A DNA stretch of 64,000 bases from Histomonas meleagridis 2922-C6/04-290x (taxonomy: Eukaryota; Protista; Parabasalia): assembly GCA_020184695.1 (NCBI GenBank), contig JAANOX010000096.1, forward strand, positions 1 to 64,000, given 5' to 3'. A program made the position numbers and the translations under genes. The first letter of the stretch is position 1, and each line of letters opens with the position of its first letter. The notes under the pieces were generated by a model that was given only the letters and a program-made list of their open reading frames with translations, was not told the origin of the DNA and did not search any database. This document shows, piece by piece, positions 44,903 to 55,755 of the stretch.

Positions 44903-45169
44903 TAATAAATTATGAAATCTCAGAGTGTGAATTCCAAATATACTTCATATAACTGTTTAAAAAAATAGGAAACAGTAAGTGTGAAATATTATATTGTTTC
45001 AGCTACATTTTTGGGAAGCATAATTTATTATTAAATTAAATAAGGTTAATAATAATTTGTAAAAAATGAATAAAAATGATTACATCATAGTCTTTTTCTC
45101 AAATAACTTTCAGAAATATTTTCAACAAAATGATCATAAATATATTTTTATTAATTTACAACATTAATG

Positions 45170-46879
45170 TTAAAACACTTTAACAAAATCCGTTAATTTT
45201 TTTCTTAATTGCACATTAAAAGCGTTACTTTTATCAAGCTGCAAACCTTCTACATTTTCCTCAGGGATTAAAGATACCAAAATATTTAATTTTGGATATT
45301 TCTTATGAATTTTATTCATCACATCCATATAAAGATTCACAATTCTCTCAATGAAATATTCAAATTTAAAGTTATTTATATCCTTTTGTCTTTGTTTAGG
45401 TATTGTATTTAACATATCAGACTTACCCAAACAAAGACAAATTGATTTAGATTTATCATTTGCTTCTTTCACTCTATTCCAAAAAATAGTTTTTTCGAAG
45501 CAATGTTTTTTCTTTCTTAGCTTCCAAATGGACAAATTTGGAATCGGATGGATAAGTGTCATCAATCCAGTTTCAGCGCATTGTTCATCGCCGATAGCCA
45601 AAATTGAATGGTCTATCATCCTATCGTTGATCGGGAAGCCAAAGTGAATGAGCACGTCAAAGTAAAGTTGATATTCGATTGGAGGGTAATCCTTGATGAA
45701 GTATTGATATTCGATTATATCTATCAATCTACTTGCTATCACGAACTCAGAATAATTACCACTCAAGAAAAGAAACAACAAAGTTATTATTATTATACAA
45801 AAAATGTTTTTCATTTTAGGATCAAATGTTTTAATTTGTGGGAAATCCGATAATTTTCCGGAATAATTCTTTTTGTTTATTCTGTTAGATAATAATTGAC
45901 TTAATTTCCCTAATTGGAATGAGCCAATAGTTATGTTTTTGTTTGTTTGATAAAATTTTATTAATAATGAATTTAATTTACTGAAATCGCGGTCAAGTAA
46001 TTTGATCCAAAAATATCGACGCGCATTAGAAAACGATAAATTTTGGAATGTTTTATTAGAATAATATAATTCAAGGCCTTTATTGATATGGCCATATTTT
46101 ATAAATGATTCCGATATTTCACGAATAACTGCTGCTTTAATATCAGTGTTTAAGATGGATTTTAACTCATTATATATGAGCTCGTTTTCACATGGAATTG
46201 GTATATACTTATAAAACGTGGATTTCAATAAAATCCGTAAGAGTAAATATGGCTGATATTTATTGATTGTTTGGACCATGGAATATAAGAGCTTACTGTG
46301 AAAATATGTGTAACCATCAAGCTCATTAAGAATGTTAAGCATCTCAAGATAATCAGGCTCGGGATTATATAGTAAATTTTCATAATATTGATAATACTCA
46401 GGATATTTTGTTAAGATAATTTGCTTGGATAATGAAATAAGTTCAGGATTATAGGTGTTCTTTATCATATTCGCAAAAAATGGTATGCCATTCGAAGTGA
46501 CTAAATAAAAAATGGAAGCATTAGGAATATCATTTTTATGTTCATAGTCTTGGCCTACCTCAATAAGTTTTTCGGCTAATATGGTATCAGATGTTTTAAT
46601 AAAAGAATCTTCATAACTTGGTAAATTAATAATAAGTTCTTCACCAGTTTTAAAATATAGTTGATCGCCATTCCATTCTATTACTTCTTCTTCACTGTTA
46701 ATAATGTAAATTTTAGTTTCAGAAAGAGAAAAATTTTTTTGAAAAAATATATTATATTTGTTAAGTGAAAATTCAACGATGTCTAAAATAAGTTCACGTT
46801 CAAAAGAGTCAAATTCGAGTAGAAAACAATATGGTTCTTCCGCTTCAAAATGAACAAAAAGTTCGTTCATGCCTAACAT
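45170..46879 (-). CDS. Hypothetical protein (569 aa)
   Basis: Long open frame; no recognisable family. Confidence 0.6.
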   Translation of the reverse strand: MLGMNELFVHFEAEEPYCFLLEFDSFERELILDIVEFSLNKYNIFFQKNFSLSETKIYIINSEEEVIEWNGDQLYFKTGEELIINLPSYEDSFIKTSDTILAEKLIEVGQDYEHKNDIPNASIFYLVTSNGIPFFANMIKNTYNPELISLSKQIILTKYPEYYQYYENLLYNPEPDYLEMLNILNELDGYTYFHSKLLYSMVQTINKYQPYLLLRILLKSTFYKYIPIPCENELIYNELKSILNTDIKAAVIREISESFIKYGHINKGLELYYSNKTFQNLSFSNARRYFWIKLLDRDFSKLNSLLIKFYQTNKNITIGSFQLGKLSQLLSNRINKKNYSGKLSDFPQIKTFDPKMKNIFCIIIITLLFLFLSGNYSEFVIASRLIDIIEYQYFIKDYPPIEYQLYFDVLIHFGFPINDRMIDHSILAIGDEQCAETGLMTLIHPIPNLSIWKLRKKKHCFEKTIFWNRVKEANDKSKSICLCLGKSDMLNTIPKQRQKDINNFKFEYFIERIVNLYMDVMNKIHKKYPKLNILVSLIPEENVEGLQLDKSNAFNVQLRKKLTDFVKVF

Positions 46880-47429
46880 GAACGCAAAGATAAATTGACA
46901 TATATTGTTAATTTTTTGACAATAATTGTTTTTATTTTTCTAGTGAAGCTTTTAAGTAAAGTTCGAATATTAGAAAGCTTACATTGTTAAAACTATCTTG
47001 GATAATTTATTTTTATATTATTAATCAAATCAAGAAAAGTTTTTTCGTGCTTCTCGAAAGTGATGTGTTATCGTTCAAAGCCTTTCTAATCTTATAAGAA
47101 AACGTTATAATTCCGATTAAATGTTATAATTTATTTTTCTATCAAAATATTTTGAATAATGTAGAATTAAATATATTCAAATTAAATTTCATTAATCATA
47201 AAATTTTATAAATTTGGATGTACATCCAACATATTTTACTAAAATTTATAATATGATCATGGCTTTCTAATTTTATTTTATTAAACAGGGCAATGTTATC
47301 ATAAAGGCATCAAAATTTACTATTTTTATAATTAAATCATTTTTCTTTCAAAAACTTCAAGGAACTTGTCTAACTGGTTTTGTCTTAACAGAGGGAAAAC
47401 TCTTCATATCTATTATTATTTATTTCTAC

Positions 47430-49109
47430 ATGATTCTCATGTTTCTTCTGTTTTCTTTCTCTTTCTCTTTAGGTATTATTGATATTAATAATCAAAACAT
47501 TAAATCGACACAAATAAGTAATGTATTTAATGAATATTTTCCAAAACAGGATAAAATCATTATTACACTTTTGTTTCTTTCCTTCCTTTTACTTTTTTCG
47601 AACAAAATATTTTCGTTCAGTTTAACATCAAAACAATTTAAAGTTATACCATTTATTTTACCTTTATTTTTCATTCAATCATATAATTCATCTTTTCATG
47701 ATGGTAAACTTACTTTAGATGCTTACAATGATTTTTATAATAGTTTCAAAAGCAACCCATATTATGTTACATCTTTAGTTATTAATAGTGGTATCGAAAC
47801 GATTACTTCGTATGCTTTTGCCAATTGGGGAAATATTTTGAATGTTACATTGCAAGAAGGTGTTAAAACCATTGAACAATATGCATTTATGAATTGCAAA
47901 TCAATGCAATTAATTATAATTCCAAGTAGTATAAATAATATAATATTTAATGCATTTTTCGGATGTACAAATCAAACATCTTTCTTAGTAAGTTCTAATA
48001 ATAGTGATTATACAAATCATAATAACGATGGTGTCTTATACAGCAAAAACCTTCAAACATTATACGTTTATCCAAAGAGAAAAACAGAAGGAACATTCAT
48101 AGTACCATCAAATGTAAAAAATATATATACATATGCATTTTCTAATTGTAGTTGTTTAGAAACAATTGTATGGAATGATGCTATTACTTCCATTGGTGAA
48201 CATGCTTTTTATTGTTGTACCTCATTAAAAAATATATCATTACCAAAGTCTATAGATAAATTCCCAAAATATGTATGTAAAGGATGTGTTTCATTAACTG
48301 AAATTGATTTCGATCATTGCAAGTATGTATCCAGTAATTCATTTTCCCAATGTACAGCATTGAAAACAATAAATATTCCAAACATCGTTCATATTGGTAG
48401 TGATGCATTTGCTGAATGCACTTCATTAGAAACGGCTGTTATGAATATTAGTGAAGAAATTGCATATAGAGCATTTGAAAGTTGCTCAAGTTTGAAATAT
48501 GTATCTATTTCAGGTGAAATGAAGCAAATCTTCCCTTACGCTTTTACTGACTGTTCTTCATTAAAGGAAATCACTTTTCCTGATAAATTAGAGGATATAC
48601 AAGAAGGTGCATTCCTACAATGTACATCATTAGAAACAGTTATGATTGGAGAAAATGTCAAGAAAATTGGAGATAATGCATTTAAAAATTGTTCTAAACT
48701 TCATTGTATATATTATAATGGTACAAAAGAACCAATCACCGGAAAAGACTCATTTTCTGGAGTTAATACATCTTACATTATGGTATTAAATACATATAAT
48801 GGTAGTTCTACAATTGGAGGATTAAATACCTACGTTGGAATAATTAATGAATGTGTGCAACCAACAGGATCACCTACAGAATTACCAACAGGATTGCCCA
48901 CAGGATTACCAACAGAATCGCCCACAGGATTACCTACAGAATTGCCAACAACAACATATGATCCTTCAGAAACGAATACCCAACAACCTACAGCTAAATC
49001 AGAGGAAAGCTTTCCAAATAAATCAGAATTTCTAGATAGCAATGGATTCAAATCTGGTGCTGCATATTCCATTTTAATGGTAATTATGACTTTGGCCTTA
49101 ATACTTTAA
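47430..49109 (+). CDS. BspA-like LRR_5 surface protein with signal peptide, Pro/Thr stalk and hydrophobic C-terminus
   Basis: Repeats of the ITSIGEHAFYCCTSLKNISLP and IGSDAFAECTSL type, the FLVSSNNSDY..DGVLYSKNLQTLYVYP insert, a PTGLPTE stalk and a C-terminal AAYSILMVIMTLALIL. Confidence 0.92.
   Translation: MILMFLLFSFSFSLGIIDINNQNIKSTQISNVFNEYFPKQDKIIITLLFLSFLLLFSNKIFSFSLTSKQFKVIPFILPLFFIQSYNSSFHDGKLTLDAYNDFYNSFKSNPYYVTSLVINSGIETITSYAFANWGNILNVTLQEGVKTIEQYAFMNCKSMQLIIIPSSINNIIFNAFFGCTNQTSFLVSSNNSDYTNHNNDGVLYSKNLQTLYVYPKRKTEGTFIVPSNVKNIYTYAFSNCSCLETIVWNDAITSIGEHAFYCCTSLKNISLPKSIDKFPKYVCKGCVSLTEIDFDHCKYVSSNSFSQCTALKTINIPNIVHIGSDAFAECTSLETAVMNISEEIAYRAFESCSSLKYVSISGEMKQIFPYAFTDCSSLKEITFPDKLEDIQEGAFLQCTSLETVMIGENVKKIGDNAFKNCSKLHCIYYNGTKEPITGKDSFSGVNTSYIMVLNTYNGSSTIGGLNTYVGIINECVQPTGSPTELPTGLPTGLPTESPTGLPTELPTTTYDPSETNTQQPTAKSEESFPNKSEFLDSNGFKSGAAYSILMVIMTLALIL
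48861..48954 (+). repeat. 12-nt tandem repeats encoding PTG(S/L)/PTE(L/S)
   Basis: ccaacaggatca cctacagaatta ccaacaggattg cccacaggatta ccaacagaatcg cccacaggatta cctacagaattg. Confidence 0.85.
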
Positions 49110-49479
49110 GGTAAAAAAGTAAACCTTACATTGATGCCACTTTAGGCTTTTTTATTTTAAAAGAAGATATTTATTAATTCCAACATTTCACATTAAACAG
49201 TCATTGAATTGACCGTTTATGTATTTTATTTTAAAAGTGACACATATGAATTGGATTCAAAAGTGAAGTCGATACTAATACGCATGCGTATTGTAATAAC
49301 ACCTACTTACAATAAATTAAATATAACCATGTTAAATATTTTGGAGACTATGTTTTTTGTAACTGTACAAAATTAGTCAGCATTTCTCTTCCTTTATCCT
49401 CACTTTATACCTTAAATGGTTGTACAACTAGCATGTGCCAAGGATACACTTCATTAACAAAAACTATAACACCTAGCTT

Positions 49480-50232
49480 TAGGTATGCTAATATAATGAA
49501 AAATGCGTTTGCACAATGTACATCACTTACAGCCTTAAGCTCTGATCAATATGTTAGGTCTATTCAATAAAACGCATTTATTTATTGTACTTCTTTAGAA
49601 ACAGTTGATATTAGTGTACATAAAGGAATTGGTCCTGGTTCATTTGCGCGTTGCACAAATTTGAAGAGTGTAACAATTAAAGATAGTATTGAGGATGGAA
49701 TAGATACCAATGCACTTCTTGATTGTAAGTCATTAGTAACCTTGAAACTTCCCAAAGTATTAGCTACTATAGGAAGTGGTGCATTTGCACGTTGCTCGAT
49801 TTTATTAAACCTTACACTTCCAATTGGCATAACAGATATAAATGAAAATGCATTTTTGCAATGTACTTCATTAAGTAGAAACAGTTATCTTTAAAGGAAG
49901 ATTAGAGTTCAATGCATATATTATAATGGTACAAATGAACCAAGTACCGTAGGAACAAATGGTTTCACCGGTATAAAAAAAAATTTCATTATGGTGTTGG
50001 ATACTTATGAAGGTAATCCAACGATTGGCACATTAAATACTTATAAAGGAACGATCATGGAATGTTTACCTTATACACCTTCAGAATCACCAACACTGCT
50101 TCGCCAGTGCCTGAAACAAATACACCACAACCTGTATCTGAAACAGAAGAAGAAACAGAGACAGAGAGTAACAATTTCAGAATAGGTGAATGCATTCTGA
50201 TGGTGATTCTCTCAATAGTCTTAATATTCTAA
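49480..50232 (+). pseudogene. Tandem BspA paralog, fragmented
   Basis: ENAFAQCTSL, IGPGSFARCTNL and IGSGAFARCS LRRs, with the same YYNGT..MVLDTYEG..TIG.LNTY.G...EC tail as 47430..49109, but with stops and frameshifts. Confidence 0.8.
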
Positions 50233-50738
50233 GATAATTAATAAACCTTAAAATAATTTTATACTATTTGATATCTTTAAATTCTTAAGTATGTGAACAA
50301 TGGTTTTGATTTTGCTGTCATTTATCAAAAATGTTGTGTGGCATTTTCCATAATATTGATTAGGAATGTTGCTCAGCCTTGGCAGTGATCCATTGTAGTT
50401 CAATGCTTCTAATCTGAATTGTAGTTCAATCCAATCTGCTAAATGAAAGAAAATACATTTGATTATTTTATAATTTATACAATTTGTGAGCTAGCTCAAA
50501 TATGTAACATAAGCTCTTGTAATAATTTTAAAATAAATAATAAAAATATTTGAAATTTCCTTTTATATAATTGCCTTTGAATTTTTTGATGAATAACATT
50601 AAAATATAAAAATTTAAATATTTCTAAACAGATGTGTTATAATATTGTGATATATTAATATTATTGTGCATGAAGTAAACATAAAATGAGAATAATAATA
50701 TTGATATATATTATTTATTTTTATTAAAAATACAAATT

Positions 50739-52550
50739 TTATTTTTGATTTTCCATCAAATACACATTAATTCTTGACAATGAACTTCTTAATTGTAATC
50801 CTTTTGATGGTTGCTTCAATTCTGTTTTGATAAGTTCTATCAAGTTATTCAAATCCTGTTGCGTCTGCAAGATCCGAAACACTTCGTTCCAAATCTTTTC
50901 ATTCCATCTTTTTGGACATTTGTCGAACTCATTCAATTTATTTAACATTTTTTTGGTACATAAAAAATGATATAACTTTCCAACTGATTCACGATCGATA
51001 TTACCTTCATGTGCTACAAGTTTATCGCATCTACAAAGTATTAATCCAACATCTTCCCAAGATGGATCATTATTAAATTCTTTTGGAAGTTCTTTGGCTG
51101 GTATCTTGTTTAATAAGTTCTCGGGATCAATATAACAATGTGATACAAAGTTTTGTTCTAAGTCATTTAGAATTAATAATAATTGATACAGATAAAATAA
51201 TGATGTTGGTTCATCAAAACCACGTGGTTTACTATGACTAAATGTAATAACGTCTTGAAATGTACCATATTTAAGATACTTAGTTACATAATATTCTTCA
51301 ACAGATGGAATCTTAACTAAAAATAAATAATAATGTTGTGGATTAAATGGTTGTAATTCTAATGGGTTTTGTTTCAAAACAAAGGAAGAAGTATTATTTT
51401 CACATAAGAATGCGGAATTACCAAGTTGTTGAACAATATTATAATGGCGCCCGCCGAACATTAACCGCTCGCCGATAGCTAACGTTTTCTTTATCGTTGG
51501 GGTGGGGACCCTCCGCTTTTGGGTGGGCCCTTTCTCAGCTGACTTGTTGCCAAAGGTAACTGTGTTAGTGACTTGATGACCTCTTTGATCTGGCTTCTTA
51601 AGAATGGACCGTGGCTTTTCATCTGGTAAATCAAATGGTCCTGGCATTGATGGTGGTTCTTTCCGGATTTCTTGTAATGGAGTACGGTTACGTTTGGGAG
51701 GAAGCTCAGGTTCTGGAAAACCAAATTGAGGCTTGGAAATCGGTGATGACTTTTTAATTTCTTGTAATGGAACACGTTTGGATTTCGGTGGAAGTTGAAC
51801 TTCCGTTTGTGCAAGCCTACGTGCTACAAAGTCTATTCCTATAGAACGAAGACGAGCTTCTTCAAATGAACATTCATTTCCATCTTGATCAAGAAGTAAA
51901 GATGGATCATAACCGGGTTGAAAACGATCGTTTCTAGTACCGCTTACATTTGGTGATTGGATTGGAGATAATGAAAATCCATTATGACCAATAAGTGATG
52001 ATAAATCATGTTTTGGAATTGATGGAGTTTTATTTTTTGTGTTAATACATGTAATCATTCCATTATTAAAAGTGTATGTAAGACCTTCGAGTTCACCAAG
52101 ACTAAAAGATTTTTGAAGAGAAAATCGTTTTTGCATTCTATTACGAAAATCATTAAATTTCATTTCAAGAAACACAGCGGGCTCAGCACCAAACTTTTTT
52201 CCTGTATCATAAATATCAAAAGAAGTTATAAAATTACTTTGATGTTCATATTCAAGTGCTAAGGATGCATAAAATAAAGAATGTGATCTACCAATACCAA
52301 ATGAATAACAATTTTCTAATATCCTAGTAGCATTTTGATGGTTTAATAAAGAAGAAAATGCGACAATTGATGAAATAAGATTTGTTTCATTAGAAAATTG
52401 AGGATTAATATTTTCGAGCTGATTTTGAATTCTATTCCAATCATTTGGTATTTCTCCATTGATTGGTTTTAATGAATTAATTTGATTAATGAGATTTGCA
52501 ATATCTTTCATTAATAAACGTTTCGAAGAAATATCACATGAAAAATACAT
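50739..52550 (-). CDS. Bub1/Mad3(BubR1)-family spindle checkpoint protein with degenerate kinase domain
   Basis: Mad3/Bub1 TPR region (GIGRSHSLFYASLALEYE..YDTGKKFGAEP), GLEBS-like ECSFEEARL, C-terminal kinase-like fold (KYGTFQD, LFYLYQLLLIL, HCYIDPENLL, GLILCRCD). Confidence 0.8.
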   Translation of the reverse strand: MYFSCDISSKRLLMKDIANLINQINSLKPINGEIPNDWNRIQNQLENINPQFSNETNLISSIVAFSSLLNHQNATRILENCYSFGIGRSHSLFYASLALEYEHQSNFITSFDIYDTGKKFGAEPAVFLEMKFNDFRNRMQKRFSLQKSFSLGELEGLTYTFNNGMITCINTKNKTPSIPKHDLSSLIGHNGFSLSPIQSPNVSGTRNDRFQPGYDPSLLLDQDGNECSFEEARLRSIGIDFVARRLAQTEVQLPPKSKRVPLQEIKKSSPISKPQFGFPEPELPPKRNRTPLQEIRKEPPSMPGPFDLPDEKPRSILKKPDQRGHQVTNTVTFGNKSAEKGPTQKRRVPTPTIKKTLAIGERLMFGGRHYNIVQQLGNSAFLCENNTSSFVLKQNPLELQPFNPQHYYLFLVKIPSVEEYYVTKYLKYGTFQDVITFSHSKPRGFDEPTSLFYLYQLLLILNDLEQNFVSHCYIDPENLLNKIPAKELPKEFNNDPSWEDVGLILCRCDKLVAHEGNIDRESVGKLYHFLCTKKMLNKLNEFDKCPKRWNEKIWNEVFRILQTQQDLNNLIELIKTELKQPSKGLQLRSSLSRINVYLMENQK

Positions 52551-52687
52551 TTTTCACATGAGATTTCATTCCTTTTTTTTTCTACATAACCAAATTTACT
52601 TTTTGAATTCATATTACGGCTAAAAACAATTTCAAAAATTATTAAAAATCTTTTTATTATGATTTAAAAAATATATATATTTTAAGA

Positions 52688-54529
52688 TTAAAAACGATAA
52701 AGTTGATCTTCGTTGTGTGATAAGAATCTTTTTGCTCTGAATACATCTTGGATTGGTAAATCACTCATCATGAATATCCAAGGCTTTTCGAATATTACGA
52801 TTTTGTCATTACTTAAATATTCTGCGTATAAAATATCATAATAAGGTAATTTATATGCTCCTTTTTCTAGTCCTTTATAATCTCTAATCAAAGCTCTTGC
52901 GGAAGAATATTGTAATACTTTCGTTGGGCTTTCTCTATTAAATGAAATACCATTTGCTGAAACATAACCTTTCACTCCGAACTTTGTAATTTTCCTTGGC
53001 TTAACTTTATTGTTTTTAACATTTATCACTAACATCTTTTTCCCTCCATTACTCACCAATATTCGATTATAACCTGGTTGGAATTCGAATGTTGAGAAAG
53101 GTGTTTCAAACATTGGTAAAACATTTATTATGTTATTTAATTCATTATCGAGAACAAAAATTCGTTTTAATCCTCCAACACAAATAATATTATCTTTTGT
53201 AGAAAATGAAATCCTAAAAATTGGAAATCCAATATTAAATGATTTCCCATCTTCTCTATGTATATAACCTCCGATTGTTCCATAATATAAAACTCCTGTG
53301 GGTGAATATCGTAATACTGTTGCTGCTTCATAAATATTTTCTGCAAATGACCATTTGTCATTATTATATATTAACTCTCGTGTATTATTTGCTGAATATG
53401 ATATCTTTTTACCATCTAAAGATACTGCAACAGTATTAATTTGAACGCCATCTTCTGCCGTTTTTAATGTTAATTCAAGTTTCCCTTCATTGCCATCAAG
53501 TTTCCAGACAGTAAGTGTCTTACCAAAGCCTCCAGCAACTATTATTTCATTGTCATCAGATCGAATTGCTGATGATACTGCTGGACTCTTTTGATGAGGA
53601 TAAATTAAATTACGACGCACACAAAAAGTCGCATCGTTCGAGGCACTTATGACATAGTTATGGCCATCAAAAACTAAGGAAACAACATCATGTGTATGGT
53701 TACGTGATAAACTGGTTTGAACCCATTGCTTAGTACGTGGATTATATGAAAATTGGACAACTGTAGGATCAACACCTGACGCCCAAAGAATTTTTTTGTT
53801 AGATACAATACAATAGATTGGGGCTTGATGTGAAACAAATTCATCTGTGATGGTGGCTGTTAATGAATCCCATATACGAAGTGTTCCTGTAGAATCGCCA
53901 GTGGCAAAAAGATTATTATTAAATGATAATGGTGTAATTGCCCAAATACTAATATGATCATTGGGTGAATTATTGGGAACGTTGAAGATTGCAATAATGG
54001 CACCTGTCTTTGTGTCGATTTTACATATTTTCCCAGTGACATTTCCTGAATAAATATTATCATCATTATCAAAGCATACAGAAATGACTGTTGAGTCTAA
54101 AGGCTCTGATGTGCGGATAAGTTCTAGGCCATTATCTGTGCTGAAAATACGAATGACTTTTTGATCACCACAGGCAACTGCTATGAGATTTTGACTGTGA
54201 TTAGTGGCAATGGCAAAAATGCTACCGCCATACCCTGCATACCCAAGAGAAACGCATCGCTCGGCATCAAAAATGGATAATTGTCCTGATAAAGTTGCAA
54301 CAGCAATTACATCTTTGCCTTCAAATTTGCAAAATGTTATACCTTTCAAGTCATTGCTAACTGCGACTTCAAATGAGGCAATGCAATATGAGTTTTCTTT
54401 GATATTCCACAGTTCAAGAATTCCATTCGAACGACCAACTGCTAATGTATCATGGGCTTCATTAATGGAAATAGAGACAATTGGTGATGGAACGTAATCG
54501 AAAAAGCGTATTCTGTGGATCTCAGTCAT
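52688..54529 (-). CDS. UTP4: U3 snoRNA-associated WD40 protein UTP4/cirhin
   Basis: IHRIRFFDYVPSPI..LAVGRSNGILELWN, ATGDSTGTLRIWD, ASGVDPTVVQF, HTHDVVSL. Confidence 0.88.
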   Translation of the reverse strand: MTEIHRIRFFDYVPSPIVSISINEAHDTLAVGRSNGILELWNIKENSYCIASFEVAVSNDLKGITFCKFEGKDVIAVATLSGQLSIFDAERCVSLGYAGYGGSIFAIATNHSQNLIAVACGDQKVIRIFSTDNGLELIRTSEPLDSTVISVCFDNDDNIYSGNVTGKICKIDTKTGAIIAIFNVPNNSPNDHISIWAITPLSFNNNLFATGDSTGTLRIWDSLTATITDEFVSHQAPIYCIVSNKKILWASGVDPTVVQFSYNPRTKQWVQTSLSRNHTHDVVSLVFDGHNYVISASNDATFCVRRNLIYPHQKSPAVSSAIRSDDNEIIVAGGFGKTLTVWKLDGNEGKLELTLKTAEDGVQINTVAVSLDGKKISYSANNTRELIYNNDKWSFAENIYEAATVLRYSPTGVLYYGTIGGYIHREDGKSFNIGFPIFRISFSTKDNIICVGGLKRIFVLDNELNNIINVLPMFETPFSTFEFQPGYNRILVSNGGKKMLVINVKNNKVKPRKITKFGVKGYVSANGISFNRESPTKVLQYSSARALIRDYKGLEKGAYKLPYYDILYAEYLSNDKIVIFEKPWIFMMSDLPIQDVFRAKRFLSHNEDQLYRF

Positions 54530-54720
54530 GATTTTTTCTAATGTTTTTGGTTGACCACAAATTTCATAAACGGTCTCATAAGTACAAACGGCCGTAAGCC
54601 AAACGTTATTTTATAATGTCATTTAACAGACTTAGTCAATTTTAAGTCGACCGTTAACATTACTAAGTATGACAGCAATCATTACTTTTCTAAAGCTTAC
54701 ATGATATCACATTTTTAAAA

Positions 54721-55674
54721 ATGAATGCAAACCATCAAGGAATTAATCCAAAGCAATCAAAGCAGAATTCAAATTTTCGAATTGATCAAAATCAACAAAC
54801 GATGAATCCAAACTATCAAGGAATTGATCCAAATCAACAAACGATGAATCCAAATTATCAAGGAATTAATCCAAATCAACAAACGCTGAATCCAGGCCTC
54901 CAAAATCTTTATCAAAACCAACAAGTAATTTATCCAATTCAACAAATATCTTGCACAAATCAACAGGGAGTTGACATAAATCAAATAGCACTTCTTAACC
55001 AGCAAGTTGCAAGATTAAATATCCAAGTCAGCAACCTTCTAAGTCACGTCAAGAATTTAAGTCAACAAATAATGATTTTAAGCCAACAGATTTGTAATAC
55101 AAATCAAATCATATTAACTGGAACAACCAAACCAAGCAATAAGCCAAACGTTTCTCCACCAAAATCCAACAATTCCCAATCAATTTTTAAAAATATTTCT
55201 CATTATTACATTTTAACCAAACAAGCCGATTTTAAACAGAGCAAACTTCCATGTCTTTTACGCATTATCCAGAATATTCAGTATCGCAAAATTATTATTT
55301 TTGTTACCCAAAGTAAAGATGCTGAAACAATAAAAGACAGCTTTATGAGCATTAACATTAACTCTTCATTCATTTCTAATAGTCTTCCACAAAATATATT
55401 TCAAAAGAATTTGCGAAATTTCTTATCAGGTAAATCGAACATATTAATATCAACTGACCCTTTACCAGATGCACCTTTTAAGCAAATATCGGCTGTAATT
55501 TTTTGCGGACTTCCGAAAACTGTTTCCCAATATCAAAACAAAATTAGTATAATAGAATGGGACATAAATGGTGGATTTGTGTTGAGTATTATAGCTCCGG
55601 ATCATCAGCAAAGGCTCAACAAAATTGAAAAACAATGTAGCATAAAGATATTTCAGTTCCCATTTCTCAAATGA
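54721..55674 (+). CDS. Q/N-rich repeat protein fused to an isolated, degenerate DEAD-box helicase C-terminal (RecA2) domain
   Basis: MNPNYQGI(D/N)PNQQT repeats, a coiled coil, then KIIIFVTQSKDAE..LPQ..NFLSGKSNILISTD..VIFCGLPKTVSQY. Motif VI (HRIGRTGR) and the ATPase domain are absent. Confidence 0.7.
   Translation: MNANHQGINPKQSKQNSNFRIDQNQQTMNPNYQGIDPNQQTMNPNYQGINPNQQTLNPGLQNLYQNQQVIYPIQQISCTNQQGVDINQIALLNQQVARLNIQVSNLLSHVKNLSQQIMILSQQICNTNQIILTGTTKPSNKPNVSPPKSNNSQSIFKNISHYYILTKQADFKQSKLPCLLRIIQNIQYRKIIIFVTQSKDAETIKDSFMSININSSFISNSLPQNIFQKNLRNFLSGKSNILISTDPLPDAPFKQISAVIFCGLPKTVSQYQNKISIIEWDINGGFVLSIIAPDHQQRLNKIEKQCSIKIFQFPFLK
54781..54900 (+). repeat. 42-nt tandem repeat (14 aa)
   Basis: atgaatccaaa(c/t)tatcaaggaatt(g/a)atccaaatcaacaaacg at 54802 and 54844, with partial flanking copies. 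Confidence 0.85.
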
Positions 55675-55755
55675 AAAAGTGACAAATGCTGTTAATAAAC
55701 TTTACAAATTATTTTTGAAAAAGAAATGCAGCTAATTTTGTTTATTCTGTTAATG

